DNA of 64,000 nt from Eledone cirrhosa (taxonomy: Eukaryota): contig OZ024740.1 of assembly GCA_964016885.1 (NCBI GenBank), forward strand, positions 74,586,001-74,650,000. Direction: 5' to 3'. How positions within the stretch are numbered: the first letter of the stretch is position 1; the number at the start of each line of letters is the position of its first letter. Below the pieces are notes generated by a model. That model saw only the letters and a list, made by a program, of their open reading frames with translations, was not told the origin of the DNA and ran no database searches. Both the position numbers and the translations under genes were made by a program. Positions 24,594-35,100 of this stretch are shown here, in pieces.

Positions 24594-27500
24594 TTAAATT
24601 TCTCAAAATTCACAACCAATGCACTAAGAGACTGTGACAGTATTTGGTACTTAACTTATAAATTCACAAGTTGAATCATATCAGTCATTAACTGAAGAAT
24701 AATAATTTCCTGCGGGAACAGAAAGTCCTGTTGTAGAAATTGAATTAAGTCTAGTACATAACTAGTACTTATTTTGTTGAACTCAAAATGCAAAATAGAC
24801 GTAAACTAAATACCACAAGAATTATTATCTGGAGTTCTAAACTATCTGTCATCATCCTCATCATTTTACATCTGCTTTTCCATGTTTGCATGGGTTGGAT
24901 GGGCCCTTTTCAGTACAGCATCTCTCCGTTTGTCACATTTCTACATCATCATCTCTGTGATCTTCAACAATTTGAAATCAGCTCTCACAACTTACGCCCA
25001 GATTTTCCTTAGTCTTCCTCTACTGCAGCTTCCTTCCACTGGGATTTCTTGGCACTTCTTCCATGCGAATCACATGTCCATACCAGCACAGTCTTCTCTC
25101 CTGCATATAACATCTGATTCTTCTTATACTCTTATATTCAGTTTCTTTTTCAGTTCATCCATGCTTTGTCGTTCACGCACCATAATAAAAGTAGTAATAA
25201 TAATTGTTTCTACTTTAGGCACAAGGCCAGCAATTACCCAGTACATTACTGGTACTTTATTTTATCGACCTCGTAAGGATGAAAGGCAAAGTTAACCACG
25301 GCGGGATTTGAACTCAGACTGTAAAGGGATGTAGCTATGCTAGAAAGCATGGCGTCCAACCCTCTACCAGTACTGCCAATTCACCACCCTCTGTAGTAAT
25401 AATAATGGCTTCTGATTTAGGGAGAAGGCCGACAATTTGGAGGGAGGGGAAAGTTGATATATCGCACTGAGGTTCACAACCTTGTTTTTCTGACATCATA
25501 AGGTGTCAGAGGTTCGCATTATCCGGACATGTGAAATGTCACAATGAACCTGTTGGTAGAGTTCTTTTCTGGAAACCAGATGTATGTAGACAAATTGAGA
25601 GACCAAACATCACACTGAAAGATATTCTTGAAGATGACACCAGATTGGACAGGATGAGCTGGAGGAGGAACTTTGTTATGGCACCAATAATGGATATGTA
25701 AAAGACAAATTTAGGCACAAATACACCAAGGTATTTCGTTTGAAATTCTAACAATTCTACCAATCTAATCGACCATCCTAATAAATATAATATTTCTTTC
25801 AAATACTGGCACAAGGCCAGCAATTTAGAGGAAAATGAATATCGATTATATGAACCCGCGTATTTGACAGATTTTTTATTTAATCAACCCTGGAAGAATG
25901 AAAGGCAAAGTTGACCATGGCAGAATTTTAATTCAGAATGTAGAAAGTCGTAACTAAATGCTGCAAAGTATTTGCCTGACATTTTTGGAGGGTGGGGGCC
26001 AAAGACATTGGAGACTGTACAACCCAGATACTGTGGGATTATTTACATTAAGTAAAAGGAGAGTGGGTAGCAAATAATAATAATTGTTTCTACTTTAGGC
26101 ACAAGGCCAACAATTACCCAGTGCATTACTGGTACTTTATTTTATCGACCCCGTAAGGATGAAAGGCAAAATCAACCTCGGCAGGGTAGCAAATAATAAT
26201 AATGGTTTCTAATTTAGGTACAAGGCCAGCAAATTGGGAGGAGTGAAGGGAAAATTCAGTTAGTTCAGCCCTAGAATTTAACTGGTACTCTATTTTATCA
26301 ACACCAGAAGGATCAAAAGAGAAGTTGACCTGAGCAAGATTTGAACTCAGAATATAATTAAATACTGTAACGCATCCTGCCTGATGCTTTAATGACTGCT
26401 AATCCTATGTCTTTATTAAGGGTGGGTGGTGGTTGTTGTTTAGCCCTGATTGAGAAGACCTGTTATCAAAGGTAGGTGGTGATTGTTTAGCCCTGATTGA
26501 GGAGACCCATTAACATAAGTGGGTGGTGGTTGTTGTTTTACCGAAGATCAACTCTGACTGAGAGACTTGTTATCAAAGGTGATCGTCCCCTTCTTATTTT
26601 CAGAAAGAACATATCTAGGACTATGTTTTACAATGTGCCTATTTTATAAAGTATTAAAATGTGAATTGAGGGAGATTTGATAGTTATTCCTAGCAGGTCA
26701 AGTGACCACATAGAGATTTTCTTGTTGGTTCATAATCATAATTGTTTCTACTTTAGGCACAAGGCCAGCAAATTACCCAGTACATTACTGGTACTTTATT
26801 TTATCGACCCCGTAAGGATGAAAGGCAAAGTTAACCGCGATAATGGTTTCTTATATTGACACATGTTTATTCATTTTTAAGGAATAGCAGTTGATATGTT
26901 TTATTGACCCTGAAGGAATTTGAGCTCAGAACCTAAAGGGACTAAATACCATAATAAATTCTGACTGCTGTTTAACTGATTCCGGTATCGATCATCTTAA
27001 TAATATATTTAACCAGAAGATTGATCAATCACTTTACAGTCACCCTGCTAAAAATAGCAGCAAAATTTCTATAAAATCATCTATTGTTTTAAAAAACAAA
27101 AACATAAGGGACACTAAATAATGTAATTCTAGATATACAATATCTGAATAAGAGATGTGATGGTCATGTTAGACAACCTTTAATCATAGAATTGCTCATT
27201 GTGGCTGATCTGGGGTCAAACATTTTCTTTTTTTTTTATGTGATAGGTGATCTCCATTTTTCTTCCATAATGTTTTCAGCATAATACAATGTTACAGAAA
27301 TACTGTAGATTCCATTTCCAAAATTATTTTGTAAATATTGATTGTTGTTGAGATTTTAACCTTAGTTACCTGTATCAAAACAATCATTTCCCTCCCCATT
27401 AGAATATCTAAAAGAATATAAAATTTTAATTTCATACACATTTGAAAATTGACCTCTGTCTCTTTTGACAACGAATGTTCCAGTTGTTTGGTCAATGGAA

Positions 27501-27869
27501 TGACAAAATGGCTGAGTATTCTTAGAAAGACCCAGCATATGACAAGTTTGGACCTTTAAATTACAGACACAGTCCATCTGACAGGCTTCCAATTTCACTC
27601 CCAAAGCTTAGGTTGATCTGAAATTATGGTAAGAAATCCTTGCCCAAGGTGCCATGTAATGGTGTCAGACACAAGTATTCATTGTGTTTCAACAGAAAGA
27701 CTTCTCAGCCCAAGAAACCACAACTTATATTGCTAAATGCAGATTTACATTACTCTTTTCTCATATCAACATATAATCAATACTGAATAACCTATTAAAT
27801 TCAAGTTGGTGTTTTCGTGATGTTTAAATGGTCTGTCATGCTGAAAAGGGGGTGATAAGAATGTGTGCC

Positions 27870-27913
<44 letters not shown>

Positions 27914-27974
27914 GGGGAGAGAGAAAGGGAGAGAGAGAGAGATGGGGGGAGGGAGAAAGGGAGAGAGAGAGAAC

Positions 27975-28530
27975 TGACAGAAGCAGCTTTTGCTACCAAG
28001 GTGATCAAATTAGTAGAGGGGGAGAATACACTAAAAGTGTGTTAGCTAGGGTAAGAACTGGCTGGAAGAAATTTAGAGACCTATTACCATTGCTAACAAC
28101 AAAATTCGTTTCTCTCAGAGTGAAGAGTATACTGTATGATGCCTGTGAGTCAACTGCAATGTTACATGGCAGTGAAACATGGGCTTTGACTGCAGAAAAC
28201 ATGCTGAGGCTAGAACAAAACGAGTCAAGTATGCTCCGATGGATGTGCAATATTAGTGTGTATGAGTGACATAGCATAAGCAAACGGAGGGAAAAACTTG
28301 GCATTAGAGGAGTGTGCAAGAGAGAAGATTTCATTGGTATGGCCATATGATGTGTATGGAAGATGACAGCTGCATAAAGAAATACAGAGAAATCCCAGTA
28401 GCTGGGACCCATGGAAGAGGCTGACCCAGGAAGACATGACATGTGGTTGTAATGACTGACCGTACAAAGTTAAAGACCTTGAGGGATGGCACTGTGTGGG
28501 CGCTGAAGAAGACCCAACCTGCAGGTTAAA
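27975..28530 (+). mobile_element. Degenerate RTE 3' fragment following a (GA)n microsatellite
   Basis: ARVRTGWKKFRDLLPLL...LYDAC..MLHGSETW...LRWMCN. Confidence 0.8.
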
Positions 28531-29069
28531 ATATGACCTAACCAACCTTTCCCTAAGTTATTCTCAACTTCACAACTTCACCCCAACCCCCTGCACACAC
28601 ACACATTCCTGGCAGCAGCAGCCCCTCCCCATGTACTCATGAAGTGATTGGTGACAGGAAAGGCTTCCAGCCATGGAGAGCTTGCCAAGCAAACAAAAGG
28701 TCAGGAGGACCCTTCAGTCGTGTCATGGACATGATGACCTCCCTACTGCTGGTGATCTACACAATAAACTCACCCAGTACACATTGTCAAGTGGTTGGTG
28801 ATAGGAAGGGCATCCATCCATAGAAATCTTACCAAACAAAGGGTTGGGAGGACCTTCAGTTGTGTCAAAGGCATACCAACCTCTCCTGAGCACAATGGAA
28901 TGTGAGACTATACATAAGCACACATGTCCCTGGCCTGCCTGGGAGATCAGTGGCTCCACTTCAGTACTGACTTGGTCTATATAGACCCTTGCTAGCAGAG
29001 AAAGCAGGCGTTAAAATGATAACGATAATGATGATGTCAATATAATCTATATAATGAATAGGACTATGC

Positions 29070-29100
<31 letters not shown>

Positions 29101-29218
29101 TACTTCGTGGGGGTCATGCTGCCAATAAAAACACACACACCTGTTGGTTTTAACTTCAATTTATTATAAATTTCCAGTTGTAGGACAAAACAAAGGAGTG
29201 ACACAAAATAAAAATCTA

Positions 29219-29261
29219 GTCACTGAGGAAGTCACATAGTATGTGACGAAAGAGCTTTGAC
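29219..29261 (+). ncRNA. Minimal type I hammerhead (Penelope pLTR-like)
   Basis: GUCA-CUGAGGA-A-GUCACAU(AGU)AUGUGAC-GAAA-GAG-CUU-UGAC: 4-bp stem I, 7-bp stem II and a very short stem III. Confidence 0.7.
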
Positions 29262-29570
29262 AATATATAAACAACCATCTGTTTCAACACACGTTTTCAG
29301 ATAAGTAAACTTGCAGAACAACAAATTAAAAAACGAAGGCAAACAGAAACAACAAAGCAAACGACACAGTACAATGAAGAAATATATTATTAGCTTTACG
29401 CTTGATATAGTAGGAAAAGAGTCTTAATGCTTCGGACACTAATCCTTTCCCGGAAAAGAGAATGAGAAATTAAAGTAATAGAAAGATTGAGGTGACGGGC
29501 AGTAACAGAAATGGAAAAAATGTTTTTTTAGAGAAAAATAACTGGTCCATTAATGTCATCTCTTTCTCTT

Positions 29571-29574
29571 TATA

Positions 29575-29642
<68 letters not shown>

Positions 29643-29665
29643 TATAAATATATATATATATATAT
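29571..29665. repeat. (TA)n microsatellite; further tracts at 29070-29096, 31783-31795 and 32181-32207
   Basis: Directly visible. Confidence 0.95.
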
Positions 29666-29954
29666 TTAAGTAAGAATATTTTCGAAACAGCGAGTGGGTT
29701 TGAAATTATTAGAAATGTAAGCTATCGCCGTATTTTAACTAAAGATGAGTATTTACGTAAATACACATCTTTTTCCATTTCTCCGAGGGTTCTTAACCCC
29801 ACTATCAGGCTAAATAATTTCTTTAATTTCTTTAGTCAAAATACGGCGATAGCTTACATTTCTAAAATATATATATTTATTTGTGTGGTACGGAACCAGA
29901 TGGACCATAACGCACCAGAGTACTCAATACTTAGGGTAGTAGAATGGGAAATAG

Positions 29955-30068
29955 GAAAAAGTATGACCCCGACAGCAGATCTCAAGCCGTTTCGACGGCT
30001 ATTTCTGGACTAAATTAGAATTTTTAGCCTGGTGAATAAATAGCCGAACTTGTCAAGGGGGTACTTCC
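29955..30068 (-). ncRNA. Second copy of the U3-A8 type I hammerhead, opposite strand
   Basis: Reverse complement of 32067-32180. The substitutions in stems II and III keep pairing (U-A vs U-G, G-U vs G-C). Confidence 0.8.
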
Positions 30069-31176
30069 TTATATGGGAAGATTGTAGTTGTCAAGAGGAT
30101 TGGTTAAATTTTGTTGTAAACACAAATAAATCTATCATGGCATTTGGTGGGAGGTAAGGGTGGCTGAACTTGCCTATAGAACAATAGGGGGGTGAGTGGA
30201 GTCGGTCAAGCGTTGAAAGTGATATGTATACAGCAGATTCTAAGGATAGTGTATGAAATGGAGGAGGGAGGTTATAGAATAGGTAATTCGAACGAGAGTA
30301 GGAGACAATAAAAGATAATAGAAAGAAAAAAAAAAAATTATATATAAATTAATATATAAATATATAAATTAATAGTACTCGTTTGGTATAACGATGGCCT
30401 AACGACGATGGCTGACTTCCCACTAGCACACCCGAAGCCTAGAACAGTTACATTCCTTGAGTGTTCTGAAAAATTGATTTCCATATCTTTCGCTATACAA
30501 TTTCACTCGGAATGGCTGACACGTGGTTAGGATGGGCTGGCCGGAGTCTGCAGTCGTCGCGTGCTGTTTGACTGCTAAACAAGGACTTAATCTTTACTCT
30601 ATAGCCCACCCTGAAAACTTATCGAGGATCTCTATAATACACTTAAAATGTTTTCATAAAAGATCCTCTCTGTAAATTCTTTAACTAAATCTCGCAACAC
30701 AAACCATAAATTTTTTTAAACAGTTTAATTTTAATTTTCTAATTTTTTTTAATTTTATAATTATAATTTTAATTTAATTTAATTTTTTTTATTTCATCCT
30801 ATAAATCTAAACAAAAATTTAACGTCCAATTTTCTGTTCACACATTATACCATGCAGACGCCCACTATATATACCCCTGTTATAATATATACCTCTGTTA
30901 AGATATAGGTTCTTTAGAATAACTTTTTCGCAGCAATTCCTAGTCTGATTGTAGCATGACATTAACGCTGACTTCTCTTCTTTCTTTCTGTCTTTTTTTT
31001 CTCTTTGACCAGGAGGATAGTAGCACATTATAAGCTTTCGCCCCGTCACCAGATAGCCTTAAGTAGACCGAATAGCCAGCACTTGAGGGCGACCGGCTAA
31101 AGTGGAAGATGCTAGATGGTCGGTTGTCCTCGGGTCTATGATTTTCAGCCCCAAGGATTTTATCTGTTACATTCAT

Positions 31177-31253
31177 TTATTATATTTCGAATACCTGATG
31201 ATATCACCGGATTCATACGGAACCTGGTCATTGAAATGATCATAGTATAATAA
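31177..31253 (+). ncRNA. Minimal type I hammerhead with palindromic stem III
   Basis: AUAC-CUGAUGA 31195-31201; stem II ACCGG/CUGGU with mismatches at the base; GAAA 31233-31236; palindrome AUGAUCAU; AUA triplet; GUAU closes stem I. Confidence 0.65.
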
Positions 31254-31312
31254 ACCTTTCAAGGATTTACACAAGTCCAGCCTCCTGTTATTTTATTATA
31301 ATATTATATATA

Positions 31313-31782
31313 TGTACAGCCACCGGAAATAACACCTGTGAAATATACAGCGCCATCTACCTGTTAGCTAGCTACCTCAACGTGAAACAAAAGAACCCTT
31401 AGAACCTACCAGAATAAACGCCTACACACCGGCTAAACATCAAACGATTATTTCTGTATAAATAGAGTGGTTCCAAACACTTCAGCAGTCGACTTTTGGC
31501 AGAGTCAGCTAGCGTATCGTTGTTCCTCGCCTCTGCCACACTTTGTCACTCACACGCCTTGTACCTCGTATCGTCGCTTCATGTGAAAATAAATAGCTGA
31601 TCGAATTTACATCTCGCCTTTCAACTTGTGCTTTCGTCTGTCCATCCTCAACAGTTCTTTTAAGGGCTATATGCGACAACAGTCCTTTTAAGGACTATCT
31701 TCAGATCTGATCAGACCGTATGCGATAAGTATCTCGGATCTGATCAGAAGTAGTGACCAGACTGACTAACCACGTCGCTACA
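31313..31782 (+). mobile_element. Solo LTR inserted in (TA)n
   Basis: TGTA...TACA termini flanked by TATATA on both sides; TATAAATA near 31457; AATAAA near 31588; CpGs retained. Confidence 0.72.
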
Positions 31783-32066
31783 TATATATATATATTTTTT
31801 TTTTTTCAATTATCTTTTATTGTCTCCTACTCTCGTTCGAATTACCTATTCTATAACCTCCCTCCTCCATTTCATACACTATCCTTAGAATCTGCTGTAT
31901 ACATATCACTTTCAACGCTTGACCGACCCCCCCCCCCCCCCCCACCCCATTTGTTCTACAGGCAAGTTCAGCCACCCCTACCTCCCACCAAATGCCATGA
32001 TAGATTTATTTGTGTTTACAACAAATGTTAACCAATCCTCCTGACAACTACAATCTTCCCATATAA

Positions 32067-32176
32067 GGAAGTACCCCCTTGACAAGTTCGGCTATTTATT
32101 CACCAGGCTACAAATTCTAATTTAGTCCAGAAATGGCCGTCGAAACGGCTTGAGCTCTGCCGTCGGGGTCATACTT

Positions 32177-32180
<4 letters not shown>
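32067..32180 (+). ncRNA. Type I hammerhead ribozyme, U3-A8 core variant, GUC cleavage triplet
   Basis: Core UUGACAA 32079-32085 and GAAA 32142-32145. Stem II CGGCUAUUU/AAAUGGCCG closed by G-C. Stem III ACGGC/GCCGU; GUC 32162-32164. Stem I CCCC/GGGG, internal loop, GGAAGUA/UACUUUU. Confidence 0.8.
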
Positions 32181-32211
<31 letters not shown>

Positions 32212-33407
32212 TGTAATAAACAACATAAGATAATTATTTCATTTACCAGTGGTTTCTTGAAGACAGATATTTATATAACTAAAAACCTCTGTAGAGCACT
32301 CTCTTTTCCTGTACCTTTCTTACGGAAATACTTCATTTAAACAGCTCCCACCGGGAATGATCGAAGTATATTCTATATTACATATATGATTAGAGAGGTT
32401 GCCCAGTACTCGCGACGTTGCTTGTCTTTTGCTCTGGTTCACCCCTTCCTTTACATTTTCTTTAATATTGTAACATTAAAAGAATACATCTTTCTGAAAG
32501 AATCGCGAGCTATTTATAATGTTGTCTAAGCATTTGTAATGCTATTTATGTATATATTTAAAACATATTTGTTATGTTATTCTACTATAAATTTATTTAT
32601 ATGCTCTGTTTATATTTTCATTCTGAAAGAATTGCAAACGATTTGTAATGTATATTTATGAAATAAATGAAAAATATATATATATAAAACATTGGCACCT
32701 ATATATATATATATATAGTACTAAAAAAAAAATAGAAAAAGGAGAATGATAAGGAAGAAAGAGAAGACCAGCACACTTAATCATACACACAGAGGCGTTG
32801 GAACTTACTTAAAAATGCCATATTGATCTTTAATGCTTGGAGGTTGTTTGTAATTAAACCAGGGAATTGCCACAGGGTCAGCTACTATATAATTAAAACT
32901 TTTTGTCCTGTTGCAAACTTGATTGTTTAATGTCACGGACTTGTTTTTGAATAGTAATATGTTCTTTTTGAGTACTGCCTAGCTATCTTTTATTGAAAAT
33001 CAGTATATCTATCAGCTTTCACAACCTCCACTTACTAATAAGTACCCTTTGATTTCAAGCTTTTCCATCATGATTGATAACTTAATTAGAACAAAGAAAA
33101 TATAACAGTAACAAAACTTTTATTCCAATTAAATTACATAATGTTTATGATTGCAAAAACCACAAATCAAAACAAATGTCAGAAATAGTACTAATTTAGG
33201 GTTTTACAGTAATTTGTTAAGATAAACGACATCTGCATTGATTATTTTTTTTAAATAAAAAATACTTCTCTAATGCAAATATTTCTGGGTGCAAACTATG
33301 TAATAGAAGTTGCGAAATATTTTACGCATCGATCAATAACAAAACAAAAACGTAACTTTTATGAAATTCTCTATCTAAACTTTTTGTTCTGAAAAATTGA
33401 AAATGAT

Positions 33408-33585
33408 CAAGCCTGGATTAAGACCTATGGAGGCCCTAAGCAGATAAATACGTGGTTCCCTTTTAATGGTGCCTGGTTCAGTTGCAATGTAAATCTGGCA
33501 CTGAAAAAAAAACCTTATGTGAGGAGTGCCTTTTACTTGAGGTCCCATACGGATGCTTATTTGGCTTAATAGTTAACCCAGGCTG
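33408..33585. mobile_element. Short MITE with imperfect TIRs (hAT-like)
   Basis: GCCTGGATTAA ... TTAACCCAGGC inverted termini; no TSD recognised. Confidence 0.45.
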
Positions 33586-34547
33586 ACCATAATGATTTTA
33601 TGAGTGTCCGGAGAATTAAAACGGGAAATAGGAGACCGTACATCGTGGATTTCCGAAGTCTATTAGTTTACTAATAACAGTAATTAGATAAGTACTTAAG
33701 CAAATTACATACATACAAACAAATAAACATTATGCATGCTTATATAAGACCGATGCAAAAGTCTACTTAATTAATTGATAATGATTTCCTTATTTAACTG
33801 TAATAACAAATGGAATAATTAAGTGTTAATAGATCAGACTATTATACGACTATAAATCACCGACCAAGTTAGAATAGTAGGAAATATTTTTAATTTAGCA
33901 AGACAGCTGACACGATTTATTCTATGTCAATAAAATATCCGTAGGTTTCAGCTTTCTTAAGATTCTAGTAGGAAATAATAGCGGCCATACAAAATAGGAA
34001 ACATGCATGATGGAAATATAAATATATATATATTATATATCAAAATTAAAATGGTGAGTTAAAAGCTCACAATATTCCCTTATAATCAAATACGCTCAAG
34101 GAAGAAATTCCGAGCTGTTTATAACACAGTAAAGAAAGAAACACACACACACATATGTGTGTGTGTCCAAATCTTAAGGTGGTTTTATTATCCCTTATGA
34201 TTTGAACACACACCCATAAACATATATATATATACACCCACACACAAACATTATATATATATATATATAATCTTATGCAGATCAAGTGACTGATTTTATT
34301 GAGAAGTTAATTAATCAGAAATGGACCATTTTTTCCTAAACTTTATGTAAACAGTATTCATGTATGTATAAAACACGGTGTTTGAAAAAAAAACTTTTTC
34401 GTACATGTTTTCGATAATTATTAGTTAAATAAAAGAAAAAAATAATTTACTCGCCGTCCCAATAAGCTGGCTGTTGATAATGGGCTTTTATATATATACA
34501 TGTATATGTGTGAGTGTGTGCGAGAAAGAGAGTATGTAAACGCATAC

Positions 34548-35100
34548 CTTAATTCAGCGGCATTTGAGGAGGATCTTTTGACAAAACAAAGAAAATCACT
34601 TTAAGTTCAAGTAGGCGGATAGCGGAAAAACTTCTTTTAAGTAACTTCTCGCAGAAAATTTTGAAAAGTCTCTTGTAATAAAAAATGTTTAAAAAAATAA
34701 TATTTTCGAAACGTCTTATGTCAATTTCTGAGAAATAAAGTTCACTTGAAATCTTGTTTAAAAATGTCAATAGGGAATGTTTCTTTTATATATATATATA
34801 TATATAATATACATACACACGAATTAAATGAAAACAAACTAGTTTACCCACTACACGTTTGTCTTCCGAAAATAGATTTCGATTGTTTTTCTGAAACAAA
34901 ACTATTTGCTCGAGTCCAAAATTATTTGCTCGTTGCAAAAGTTTAGAAGTGGTATTGAATAAAGTTTTAATCTACCCGAGGCCCACCCTGTTGACGTAAC
35001 ATACACAATGTGTGACCCTACAACCACTCCTCTCCAATGTACCCACATTGCCGTTCAGTAACCTAATTACAGACGGCAATCGAGATTGGATCATTATTTT
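34548..35100 (-). promoter_or_regulatory. Candidate promoter and non-coding first exon (possibly bidirectional)
   Basis: CpG-retaining unique sequence; TGACGT near 34992; CCAAT near 35034 and ATTGG near 35086; minus-strand donor AAG|GTATGC at 34548/34547. Confidence 0.4.

Larger units (their letters stand above)
29955..32180. repeat. ~390-bp inverted repeat arms (29955-30345 and 31790-32180) around a 1.45-kb spacer
   Basis: The arms are near-identical reverse complements by direct comparison. Confidence 0.92.

Noticed and set aside
25480-25823. Hydrophobic 94-aa minus-strand ORF
   Set aside because: The opposite strand reads as an RTE-like C-terminus (SGHVKCHNE...LFWKP...RP...DRMSWR).
27362-27604. 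Protein-like 80-aa ORF ending at a GTAACT donor
   Set aside because: The sequence parallels the SINE-associated repeat at 12480-12690 and 60640-60860, so it is repeat-derived rather than an exon.
31025-31060. Minus-strand CUGGUGA-CGGGGC-GAAAGCUU hammerhead-like motif
   Set aside because: The core has A6G, stem II is essentially absent and stem I is only 3 bp. It is counted only as a possible decayed copy.
31630-31750. CUGAAGA plus hairpin on the minus strand, and TCTGATCAGA palindromes
   Set aside because: No GAAA follows the stem. It is better explained as tandem and palindromic motifs in the LTR U5 region.
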